From: Candidatus Poribacteria bacterium | GTDB taxonomy: Bacteria; Poribacteria; WGA-4E; PCPOR2b | Direction of reading: 5' to 3' | DNA length: 64,000 nucleotides | Assembly (NCBI GenBank): GCA_965208675.1 | Contig: OZ242351.1 | Location: 1,536,001 to 1,600,000 of the forward strand | In this document: positions 9,065 through 18,207 of the stretch, one piece after another | Layout: every line of letters begins with the position of its first letter | Numbering within the stretch: the first letter of the stretch is position 1 | Translations under genes and position numbers: made by a program | The notes under the pieces: generated by a model | What the model was told of the DNA's origin: nothing | Seen by the model: only the letters and a program-made list of their open reading frames with translations | Database searches by the model: none

Positions 9065-11248
9065 TTAGTTATCCTCAATGGGTGGTGAAGAAGCTAAGTT
9101 CTGCCTTTCGATGATAGCCATGCGGGTCATCCGCCACCGCGGGCTTTCGGGTCCAACATTAAACCAATTTCCATTCGGATTGATACCCATGAAGACGTAA
9201 TCTTCTTCACCGGGCGGCGACTCAGTCGGTTCATTGGGCGCCCAGTTCGTGTAAGTCGTCAGTTCGCCGCTGGACCATCGCCATTCCCCCTCCTTTTCGA
9301 AATCAGTTAGTCCAATCCAATAGGGCGTAGTTCCAAAAACTTTCACCAGCCAACTTTGCTCGGAGGCGTCGTTAATCGAAACCAAGTATGCATCCTCGGT
9401 AATGGCTTTCGCTTGAGCATCTTCCCAACTTTCACAATGAATGCTTCGATAGGCGTGTCCGTTTTCAGGATTCATCACCCAAGCTCCATCTCGGTCCGGG
9501 GGCGCGGCGCTATCCGGAGTTGGCTCAATGGGAATTGGCGGGCTGTCAAGCGTTATGACCAAATCATCATGCCGTTGACCGGTTTCGAGAGCAAACTGCT
9601 CCGACGTCGCCAATAGTCCTTGAAATTCAACCGCTACTGCGTAAAACCCAGGTTCATTCACATAGTGCACAAAGTAACCCGCTTCGTCTGTGCGTGGCAA
9701 TCCTCCGCTACTGCCCGTGCCTTCCTCATCAAGTGTACGCCATCGCACGCGAATCAGAACTTTCGCCTTGGCAAGCGGTGTGCCGTCAGCGAAAACAACC
9801 TGACCCCGAATGCGCATCCGCGGTTTAACTACAATTTCAAAATTTTCAAGGTGTGTCCCCGGCTCAATGGTAAATGTAATCCCACCGTGAGGGGGCGGTT
9901 GCTGGGAATCCGCATAAAAAATCATCGCGCCAGTATCAATGGACAAAACCTCCGCGTCTACAAAATTTTCTTGGTTGTAGCTATGCGGAGGCATGTCATC
10001 GCTTGTTACAGGATTGGGCTGTGCCATGAACTGGAGAGGCCCGGGTTTGATGCCAGAAATCGAAAACTGTCCCTCTTCGTCCGTGTCCGATTTGAACGTG
10101 TACGGCTGTGCGCCCCTCCTGAACCAATCATAACTGAACATTGGCATGATTTTGCCGTCAAATGACATCAGCGGTCCGACAGCTATGGGGAACCCCGCGA
10201 TTGGATTGCCGTCTGTGTCGACCACGCAGCCCGATAAGGCAATTTTATCGGACCCGCTCACCGATGCAGCAGTTGCGAATTGCGGACTTGGGGATTTGGC
10301 GCCCCCAGCCACGGCAGTGGTTTCTCGGTCAACTGGCTCGGAGTTCGGCTCCACTGAGGCGCGGTTGACGACCGCCAATGGATGCTTCCCCGACGAAGTA
10401 GGAATTCCCGTAATTGACGGGCGTGCGGAGAATGGCGGCGAAGCAAGCAACGCGACCGGGATCGGGCGGTAGGCGTCTGGCGGCGACAGTGCTAATTGAT
10501 TGCCTGTGGACGCTTTTGGTGAGATGTCTACTGCTCCAATAAGTCCGATCAAGATACACAGCGCCGTAATCAAAGAAAATAGGGTCTTGCTAACAGTTGC
10601 ACTGCTCCACGTGAACCCAACTGTTGGCGGTGGGATATGGCGTACCTGCTCCATAAGTTGCATGAGGAATCCTCCTTGGAGTTTGCGGCTTTTCATGAAT
10701 CGACCGTAGTGTTCAGACATCGAATCACCTAGTTGCTGCCGTGCTCGATGTAATTTGCCCCGTGCGGTGTTAACGGAGACGCCGAGGAATTCAGAGATTT
10801 CCTTCAGCGAACAGTCGCCCATATAGAACATCGACACCGCCACGCGATTGTCATCGGGAAGCGCGGAGATAGCCCGCTCTAAGTCCACCTGCCAACCTTC
10901 CGTTGCGGCCGTGTGCGCGGGTTCAATCTGTAACGCATCGTCCGTAACTTCGTCTAACGCAATTTCGCGCCGGCGTGTTTCCGTGACCCGCGCCAGCCAC
11001 CGGTTGCACTCGTTGGACATGATTGTATACAGCCAACTTCGGAACCGATGCGGGTGCCGCAGTTTGCAAAGATGCCGATACGCCCGGAGGAAAACCTCCT
11101 GCGTGATGTCCTGCGAGTCGGCTTCGTTCCTCACCTTTTGAAAGGCGTAGGTGTAGACCATGTCCTGATACTTATGCACGAGCACGCCGAAGGCGTCTCG
11201 ATCCCCCGCGAGCGTTTGAAACACTAAGTTTTCGTCGGGTGGATTCAT
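9065..11248 (-). CDS. ECF sigma-70 factor fused to TM helix, carboxypeptidase-regulatory-like repeats and C-type lectin domain
   Basis: Sigma regions 2/4 highly similar to 1227..4967; TM TLFSLITALCILIGLIGAV; lectin motifs WIGLTD, YTNWAPNEP. Start set at ATG 11248 (GAGG SD, aligns with paralogs); ORF track start 11281. Confidence 0.9.
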   Translation of the reverse strand: MNPPDENLVFQTLAGDRDAFGVLVHKYQDMVYTYAFQKVRNEADSQDITQEVFLRAYRHLCKLRHPHRFRSWLYTIMSNECNRWLARVTETRRREIALDEVTDDALQIEPAHTAATEGWQVDLERAISALPDDNRVAVSMFYMGDCSLKEISEFLGVSVNTARGKLHRARQQLGDSMSEHYGRFMKSRKLQGGFLMQLMEQVRHIPPPTVGFTWSSATVSKTLFSLITALCILIGLIGAVDISPKASTGNQLALSPPDAYRPIPVALLASPPFSARPSITGIPTSSGKHPLAVVNRASVEPNSEPVDRETTAVAGGAKSPSPQFATAASVSGSDKIALSGCVVDTDGNPIAGFPIAVGPLMSFDGKIMPMFSYDWFRRGAQPYTFKSDTDEEGQFSISGIKPGPLQFMAQPNPVTSDDMPPHSYNQENFVDAEVLSIDTGAMIFYADSQQPPPHGGITFTIEPGTHLENFEIVVKPRMRIRGQVVFADGTPLAKAKVLIRVRWRTLDEEGTGSSGGLPRTDEAGYFVHYVNEPGFYAVAVEFQGLLATSEQFALETGQRHDDLVITLDSPPIPIEPTPDSAAPPDRDGAWVMNPENGHAYRSIHCESWEDAQAKAITEDAYLVSINDASEQSWLVKVFGTTPYWIGLTDFEKEGEWRWSSGELTTYTNWAPNEPTESPPGEEDYVFMGINPNGNWFNVGPESPRWRMTRMAIIERQNLASSPPIEDN

Positions 11249-11311
11249 ACCACACACCTCAACCGAAATGATACACCACAACCCCGCAATAACCCAGACA
11301 AAACTACTTAT

Positions 11312-11355
11312 TAGACCCGCTGCGCGGATAAAAAGTTATGTCTTAGCGAAAAAAA
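11312..11355 (-). promoter_or_regulatory. putative ECF autoregulatory promoter CATAAC-N18-GTCTA with upstream T-tract
   Basis: Conserved with 5009-5051 and 15720-15763. Confidence 0.7.
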
Positions 11356-11567
11356 TTCGGGTGTGGCTGCATTCCTGATGAAGCAACGAATTACAATTCC
11401 TCATCGTGCAAAAGCGTAAGTATTAAAGAATAAGCAACAGTTTAAACACCTGGCTGTTGTATCTGGTTAGGGAGGGAATAAATGGTTAGCGAGAGTCCGT
11501 GTTATAGTCACTGCAACTAAAAATTACACATCACCTTGAATCCGATTGACAACGGGTGCCAACTCTC

Positions 11568-11837
11568 CTTATCAGGCTTAAAAATACCCACAATCTTAAT
11601 GAGGGTACTAGAAACAGCACTCGACGTAACCTACGACCTCCCCTAACCCCTCCTTAGTAAGGAGGGGAATGATTATTGTAATGAACTGCCAAGGCGTTCT
11701 CACTGTAGGAGAGGCATCTAAAACTATCGCGCTCCCTATTCGGTCGGTTGATTCTCGACAATCGGGAGAAGGATTTCCCGCCCACAGCGTGGCTCCGTGC
11801 GACACTCTGGACTTATGGGTAATAGTGCGCTTATCAG
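11568..11837 (-). mobile_element. MITE-like element, copy 1 (~250 bp, flanked by CTTATCAG direct repeats)
   Basis: Reverse complement aligns end to end with 44240..44510; degenerate TIR GCTTAAAAATACCCACA / TATGGGTAATAGTGCG; CTTATCAG at 11568-11575 and 11830-11837. Confidence 0.75.
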
Positions 11838-11976
11838 GGGGGCTGAATGTGTGTAAATATGAATGGAATTGACTATAATCTTCGGCGTGACAGATGGGTT
11901 CATGCATTGGGTAAATTATACTCAACCACAACAGGAAACTCGTTCCCTGTTGTGGTTGAGGTCATAGAAGTTCGGA

Positions 11977-14900
11977 TCAATCCGCAAGCAGCGTTTGAAT
12001 CTGAATTTCCAGATCGTCCGCCCAAGCGCGCCCGGCGATCTCTCCCGCCGAATTAATTAGAACGAATGGAGGCCCCCCTCCGATAGCGTATCGATCGAAG
12101 GTTTCGCCTTTCGCGCCAGCGACCGCTGTTGAGCGGTCTAAGCCGACTGAATACGACAGCGACTGTTCCGCGATGTGCCGTTTGATTTCCTCGACCTCTG
12201 TTGAGGCGGGGCAGATAGCGGCGCAGGTGAGCCCTTTTTCACCAAACACCTCCTGCAAAAGATTCAATAGCCGTACCCATTGGACACGGTCGTCGACGTA
12301 GCTCAAATCCCAGAAACACAGGACAATCGTCTTTCCTTCCAAATCCGCGATAGAGACCGGTGGACCAGACAACCACTCCGCAACCGCCAACTCGGGCGCA
12401 GGTTGGTTCATCAAGGATTTTAACCGTTCTTCGGCAGATTCGACGTATGACCGGCGAGCTTTCCGCTGTGCTTGTTGCTCCGCGGTCGGCTGCGGTCTCG
12501 GCTCGGGTGGTGTCAAGGTCAAAACAAGATCGCGCTGATTCACCGCGATATCTTCAAAAATCTTGTAGTCACGATCTTTGCCGACATAAATCGAAACAGT
12601 TGAATCTTTGATGTGTTTGAGTTCAAATTCGCCCTGCCAGTCGGTATCGACGGCAGGGAGTATATGGCCGGATGAGAGGTCTTCTTGCGGATCTACGAAC
12701 ACTGTTGCGCCTTCAATCGGTTTGCCGTCAGCGTTTACAACTTTACCAGCTAGGTATCCGTTCGCTTTGACTAACACCAAGTCGTGACGCTGATTGGTCT
12801 TTAACATCCTAAATGTATGGAATGCGTACTCAGGATGCTCAACATTCAAATCGATAATGAAGTTCATGAGAAGGTTTTTCAACTCATAATAACCATTCTC
12901 ATTGGTGCGCGCATCCCAGTGTTGTGATTGATGGTGTGTGTTTACGTGGGCGCCGTTGACCGGTTGACCGGAGGTATCCGTGACGCGGCCCTGAATGTAA
13001 AACTGACCTGCAACTGGCGCCAGTGTAAAATCTGCAATCTGGTCCATCTCTAGCGTAGCGGTGAACATCTCGGTTTCGGCGTTCCAATATCCTTCAGCGC
13101 TTGCAGACATAACGTACTGGTCGCCGACAATGAGCGCAATCTCCTGGAAACGTCCATCACCGTCTGTCAGAGCGACTGTTGTACTCCGTCCTATGTTTCG
13201 TTGGCTATCCCAGCGCATCAAAGTTATGTTCACCGATGGAATAGGTTCACCCTTACCGTTGATCACTCTTCCGGCGACCTTAACCTGATGGTACTCTCTC
13301 ACTTGAATCTCAACTGACGCGCCCTGCAGAACTTCAACCTCCGCCGTTCCACGCAATCCCAATCCGTTATGCTCCGCTCTGAGGACGAGATTTTGTCCGA
13401 TTCGCAATCCCCGTACAGTAAATTCTCCCTGTGCGTCCGACGTTCCGTATTCCTTAAACAATTTTCGCACATCGGAAATGTCGAGAATCTTCGCACCACT
13501 GATCGGTTCGCCCGTTGCCGTCAACACTCGACCAATTAAGTCCAACCCTTTCGAGAACTGAAAACCAACAGTGACAGTTTCGGCTTCAATAACATCCACA
13601 TATTTCTTGATCTGTCCGATATCCAGATAGCCCTCCGGTGCGCTGGTGTAGACCATTGCCCGGCCGGGAGCGGCGCGGAAGCGATAGGCACCCGTTTCAT
13701 CTGTGTTCGTCCCGTGAACCGATGCTTGGGATTGCGGCCGAGCGGCGTCGTGAAAGCTGATATGGTGGTTTGCGATGGGATCGCCTGTGTCTCGGTCGGT
13801 TACCCGCCCGGTGATATACCCACCCTGTACCAATGTTAGGTCTGTCCAGACGGTTAGCCCCTCAACGACCTTAAGGAGTTCTTTGGCTACTGCTGTCCAC
13901 CCGTCAGGTCCCTCATGAAGAAAGAGGTTGTACGTACCGGGAGGAATATTTTTCAGGAGGTAATGCCCGTTTAGATCAGTAATTGTTCGCGCCCAACCTT
14001 CGGTAGGATGGATACCCTCAACCATGACGGTAGCGTTTTTGACCGGCTCACCGGTACCTGAGAAGCTGAGGTTTCCCTCCACCCTGCCTTCGCGCTTGAG
14101 TCGAAACTCCAGCCGCTCTGTGCTGACCAACACACGTCCAAGTCGTTCCTTTGCGTATCCAGGGCCTTTAGCATAGAATACAATTGCACCGCCTTGCGGC
14201 AGTCCGCGGAGAACGAATTGTCCATTTGCATCAGTCTTGGCGGGCTGGATGGGGATAACGTCAATCGTCAATATTTTCCCGATATCGCTTGAAATTGGGT
14301 CACCATCGAACAACATCCCAATTTGCGCCTCCGCGTTTTCAATCGGTTCGCCCGCTTCGTTCATAATGGTGCCCGTTATACTCCCCGGAATTCCCAGTTG
14401 AATCTCAACATCAGAGGTGCCCTCGGGTAGGAGATTTTGCCAGCCGATAGCGTGTTTGGGGTGCATGGCGATGATGTCTACGCGATCCCATTTCTCGAGT
14501 TTTGGACGAAGACACTCAAAATGGAACGTCCCATCCGCGCCCGTGCGGGTGACAGACTTGGACAGATCGCGCTTTATTGAGTAAAAGACTTCGGCATCCG
14601 CTACCGCCGCGCCGCCGCTGTCAACGACCCGACCGGAGTAGACAAGTTTTTCGCCCGCGTTTCCCGCTGCAGTTGCCGCGAGTCGCGGTACGGAATTCTT
14701 CCCACCGCGGTTCGACGAAACTGACTCTTTGTCAATTGATTGGCTGCTTTGCCGTGTGGGTGCGCGGTTGGCGGCAGCCAGCGGGTGCTTTCCCGATGGG
14801 GTTGGAATTCCTGAAACCGAGGAATTCGCTGCGTATTGACCCGGTGTGTAAAACGACACCTCAATTGGCCATCGGCTCGTATCTGACTGCGGCCGCCAAA

Positions 14901-15654
14901 TCTGGTTTCTTGACAACTCTGTTGATGTGTGGATTCGTCCACCAATCAATCCAATTAAGACGCACAATGCTGTTATCAGCGAAAACAGAGTTTTGCTAAT
15001 CGTTGTGCTGCTCCAAGTGAAAGTCATGGCTGGAGTTGGGATGCGGCGAATTTGCTCCGTTAACTGCATGAGAAACCCTCCTTTGAGTGTGTGGCTCTTC
15101 AAGTATCTGCCGTATCGTTCAGACATAGCGCTGCCCAGTTGCTGGCGCGCCCGGTACAACTTCCCCTTTACGGTGTTCGCGGAGACACCGAGAAATTCCG
15201 AGATTTCTTTCAGCGAGCATTCGCCCATATAAAACATCGACACCGCCACCCGATTATCATCGGAGAGCACGGAGATTGCCTGTTCAAGGTCTACCTCCCA
15301 ACCCGCTGTGGGGACGGTGTGCGCGGGTTCATCTTGTAGAGCATCGTCTGCAGCGTCCTCCAGCGCAATTTCACGATGGCGTTTTTTCGACACCTGCGTC
15401 AGCCAGCGGTTACACTCGTTCGCCATGATTGTATAAAGCCAACTTCGAAACCGGTGCGGATGCCGCAGTTGATAGAGATGACGGTATGCCCGCAGAAAAA
15501 CCTCTTGGGAGATGTCCTGCGAATCGGATTCGTTTCTCACCTTTTGGAAAGCGTAGGTATAGACCATGCCCTGATACTTTCGCACGAGCATGCCGAAGGC
15601 GTCTCGATCGCCCGCCAGAGTTTGAGACACCAATATTTCGTCGGATGAATACAT
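11977..15654 (-). CDS. ECF sigma-70 factor fused to TM helix, carboxypeptidase-regulatory-like repeats and C-terminal thioredoxin-like domain
   Basis: Full-length paralog of 1227..4967 with the same architecture. ATG 15654 (MYSSDE); ORF track start 15663. Confidence 0.9.
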   Translation of the reverse strand: MYSSDEILVSQTLAGDRDAFGMLVRKYQGMVYTYAFQKVRNESDSQDISQEVFLRAYRHLYQLRHPHRFRSWLYTIMANECNRWLTQVSKKRHREIALEDAADDALQDEPAHTVPTAGWEVDLEQAISVLSDDNRVAVSMFYMGECSLKEISEFLGVSANTVKGKLYRARQQLGSAMSERYGRYLKSHTLKGGFLMQLTEQIRRIPTPAMTFTWSSTTISKTLFSLITALCVLIGLIGGRIHTSTELSRNQIWRPQSDTSRWPIEVSFYTPGQYAANSSVSGIPTPSGKHPLAAANRAPTRQSSQSIDKESVSSNRGGKNSVPRLAATAAGNAGEKLVYSGRVVDSGGAAVADAEVFYSIKRDLSKSVTRTGADGTFHFECLRPKLEKWDRVDIIAMHPKHAIGWQNLLPEGTSDVEIQLGIPGSITGTIMNEAGEPIENAEAQIGMLFDGDPISSDIGKILTIDVIPIQPAKTDANGQFVLRGLPQGGAIVFYAKGPGYAKERLGRVLVSTERLEFRLKREGRVEGNLSFSGTGEPVKNATVMVEGIHPTEGWARTITDLNGHYLLKNIPPGTYNLFLHEGPDGWTAVAKELLKVVEGLTVWTDLTLVQGGYITGRVTDRDTGDPIANHHISFHDAARPQSQASVHGTNTDETGAYRFRAAPGRAMVYTSAPEGYLDIGQIKKYVDVIEAETVTVGFQFSKGLDLIGRVLTATGEPISGAKILDISDVRKLFKEYGTSDAQGEFTVRGLRIGQNLVLRAEHNGLGLRGTAEVEVLQGASVEIQVREYHQVKVAGRVINGKGEPIPSVNITLMRWDSQRNIGRSTTVALTDGDGRFQEIALIVGDQYVMSASAEGYWNAETEMFTATLEMDQIADFTLAPVAGQFYIQGRVTDTSGQPVNGAHVNTHHQSQHWDARTNENGYYELKNLLMNFIIDLNVEHPEYAFHTFRMLKTNQRHDLVLVKANGYLAGKVVNADGKPIEGATVFVDPQEDLSSGHILPAVDTDWQGEFELKHIKDSTVSIYVGKDRDYKIFEDIAVNQRDLVLTLTPPEPRPQPTAEQQAQRKARRSYVESAEERLKSLMNQPAPELAVAEWLSGPPVSIADLEGKTIVLCFWDLSYVDDRVQWVRLLNLLQEVFGEKGLTCAAICPASTEVEEIKRHIAEQSLSYSVGLDRSTAVAGAKGETFDRYAIGGGPPFVLINSAGEIAGRAWADDLEIQIQTLLAD

Positions 15655-15719
15655 AACACCCACCTAACCAAAATTGAGAAAAAACCAACGCCGCAACGAT
15701 AATGGGCGCGACTATTATC

Positions 15720-15763
15720 TAGACACACTTTGTGGATTGGAGGTTATGCTGGGTAGAAAAAAA
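15720..15763 (-). promoter_or_regulatory. putative ECF autoregulatory promoter CATAAC-N18-GTCTA with upstream T-tract
   Basis: Conserved with the other two sigma paralogs. Confidence 0.7.
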
Positions 15764-16080
15764 TTTGGCGGGCAATCTCCGCGCAGGCGGATAAATTGTC
15801 TTTGGTCGTTATAATCTGCTTGAATTTATGAGGGCAAATCCCGGTTCTAGGCTATGGTTCTTGAAAGCGAGAGCAGAGTTAACGTGCATTTTTGCCGGGT
15901 GTGAGGAAAATGCTGCGGCTACATTTTTCACCCCCGATATGACCAAAGCCAATCTTTGCGAAGTCGAACGTAGCCAAGGTGTGCGGCAGCATTTCATGCT
16001 AGGAGCGTTTTATTCAACGGTTGGAGAGTTTTAATTCTCTCCAACCGAAATTTGAAGGAATAGGACAATGCGAAGCAACT

Positions 16081-16917
16081 TTACGCTGGAAGCTGAACCC
16101 AAGCGGTGACATGCGGGGGCAGGATGAGAGGACGTTTCGACGCAACAACTTCCGCCCTAAGCCGCTCGGCAAGCGTGTCCAGATCGACCTCTTCAGCGGT
16201 CGCAATCCCGTATGCTTCCAGGAGCGGGATTAGGCTGCGAAAACTGTTCGCTATGAATTGGTAACCCGCCCACGAGGCTGGACCGCCCATCGGTGCCCAA
16301 TACTGCAAAGTGGGTTCAGGCAAACCGGCATCAACGAAAGTGCCGAATAGGTCAAGACCCATTCCAATATTCGCCCCTGAACGCCGAAACACCTCTATCC
16401 CCCACTCGGCTAACTGGTTCAGCACGGGCGTATTCGAGCGGGCAGTTGCCTTGTAAATCGAGAGCTCAGCCTCCTGAAAAGCGACGATGCCTCCCGGGCG
16501 CACACGTGCCGCGAGTTGCTTCAAAGTGTCTACAGGGTCAGCCAGGTACATCAGGACCAAGCGTCCAATAAGGGCGTCGAAATCGCTCGGCAAGTCCAGA
16601 GTTTGGGCATCCCCCGCCACGAATTCGATGTTGGTGTAGCCCGCCTCCTGTGCGCGTGACCTGGCAGTTTCAAGAATCTCCGCGTTCATGTCCACGCCGA
16701 CGACTTTTCCTTCACTGCCAACCAACTCGGCGGCGGCGAACGCTACATCTCCGGCACCGCTCCCGATATCAAGCACTTTCATGCCTGTAAAAATGCCCGC
16801 ATCCCTGAGAAGACGCCGCGTTATGTCTTCAGACATTCCTGACTGCTGAATCAAGCGTTCCGTCTCCTCTTTGCTGCGCCCCATGGTATACGTCATCTCT
16901 CTATTTGTGTTGCTCAT
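16081..16917 (-). CDS. class I SAM-dependent methyltransferase
   Basis: VLDIGSGAGD motif I, VVGVD, FDALIGRLVL, VRPGG; SD AAAGGAGG. Confidence 0.88.
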   Translation of the reverse strand: MSNTNREMTYTMGRSKEETERLIQQSGMSEDITRRLLRDAGIFTGMKVLDIGSGAGDVAFAAAELVGSEGKVVGVDMNAEILETARSRAQEAGYTNIEFVAGDAQTLDLPSDFDALIGRLVLMYLADPVDTLKQLAARVRPGGIVAFQEAELSIYKATARSNTPVLNQLAEWGIEVFRRSGANIGMGLDLFGTFVDAGLPEPTLQYWAPMGGPASWAGYQFIANSFRSLIPLLEAYGIATAEEVDLDTLAERLRAEVVASKRPLILPPHVTAWVQLPA

Positions 16918-16975
16918 ATCAATTTATCCTCCTTTTGTAAATGAAATAGTGAACAAGACAGCTAACACTCCGTGC

Positions 16976-18190
16976 TTACGGTTCAATCAACTTATAGAAC
17001 AGTACTTCGCCATCGACGATGCGTTTTATGACGATGCTTTTCGATGTGTGCCGGTTCTCATCATAGCCAGAAATGAATGTGGCCCCGCTATAATTCTCCG
17101 TGGCTGCAATCTGGTCGCGGATCATCGACGGTGTCAGGTCATCTGCGCGGCGCATCGCCAGCACGACGAGTCTAAGAGCATCATATCCGCCTGCCGCGCC
17201 TCCATCGGGCGTTTCATCAAACATCGCAGTGTACGCAGCCACGAATTGATAGGCATCTTCACCCAAATCACTCGGTTCCGCCTCGGCGGAAAAGCCGCTG
17301 CTATAAAAACTCCCGTCAGCAGCCGCTCCGGCTGTGGCAATCAACGCGGTGTTGTCCCAGCTATCGCCGCCCAAGAAAGTTGCCGTTATACCGAACTCCT
17401 CTTTTGCTTGCCGAACTGCGAGCGGGACTTCAGGGATGAAGCCGGTACTAAAAACCACGTCCGGTGACGCTTCGGCAATTACGGTTAGTTGCGCGGTGAA
17501 ATCGGAAGTTCCCGCCGAATAAAATTCATCAGCCGCAATCACGCCGCCCTGAGCGGTAAAGTTGTCAATGAAGGTTTGCGACAATCCCTCCGAATAAACA
17601 TCTTCCCTGTGCGTCAGGATGGCGGCGGTGTTCGCCGCTAAATCTTGCAGGGCAAACTGAGCCATCACCTTTCCTTGGAAGTCGTCCGTGAAAGCCGCCA
17701 TGAACACAAAATCGCCCGCAGCAGTAACCGCCGGATTGGTCGCGGACGTAGCCATCATCGGTATCGAGTTGCGCTGCGCAATTTCCCCGACGATCACGGC
17801 GTAGGTCGATCGGTTTGGGCCGACAATTGCAGAAACGCCCTCTTCGAAAATCAGTTCTTCCGCAAGTGCTGCAACATATTCGGCGTCGTTTATGTCCTCG
17901 CTAATCAGGCGCTGTGTCGGTATGCCGCGAGGGACGAGTTGAATTGGTGTGCCCCGCACGCCGCCCGACTCGTTAAGTTGCAACGTTGCTAATTCTGCAC
18001 CGTATCGGCTGTTATTTCGGTTAGGCGAGGTGTACAAGAAGCCAATTTTAATCGCAGATTCGCCGTCCTCTGGGGGCAAAGGCGTAAGCAATTCTTTGAA
18101 CTGCTCGCACCCTGCAAACAGGGTGCTCATTAAGATTAACGGAATCAAAAGCCGACTAATGACTCTGGATCCAGTAGGTCGATCGGTCAT
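16976..18190 (-). CDS. branched-chain amino acid-type (LivJ/LivK-like) ABC substrate-binding lipoprotein
   Basis: Lipobox LFAGC; IKIG, SAIVGP, SATNPAVT, FTDDFQG, DFTAQL, LGGDSWD, GYDA. Confidence 0.88.
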   Translation of the reverse strand: MTDRPTGSRVISRLLIPLILMSTLFAGCEQFKELLTPLPPEDGESAIKIGFLYTSPNRNNSRYGAELATLQLNESGGVRGTPIQLVPRGIPTQRLISEDINDAEYVAALAEELIFEEGVSAIVGPNRSTYAVIVGEIAQRNSIPMMATSATNPAVTAAGDFVFMAAFTDDFQGKVMAQFALQDLAANTAAILTHREDVYSEGLSQTFIDNFTAQGGVIAADEFYSAGTSDFTAQLTVIAEASPDVVFSTGFIPEVPLAVRQAKEEFGITATFLGGDSWDNTALIATAGAAADGSFYSSGFSAEAEPSDLGEDAYQFVAAYTAMFDETPDGGAAGGYDALRLVVLAMRRADDLTPSMIRDQIAATENYSGATFISGYDENRHTSKSIVIKRIVDGEVLFYKLIEP

Positions 18191-18207
18191 TGAAGTCCTC
18201 CTTGCCG

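Noticed and set aside
11608-11931. 107-aa ORF with a homolog at 44228..44470 (apparent small protein family)
   Set aside because: Both are chance translations of the two MITE copies; starts and lengths are not conserved and there are no transposase motifs.
15764-16080. Short ORFs or ncRNA between the third sigma gene and the methyltransferase
   Set aside because: No SD, motif or convincing structure seen.
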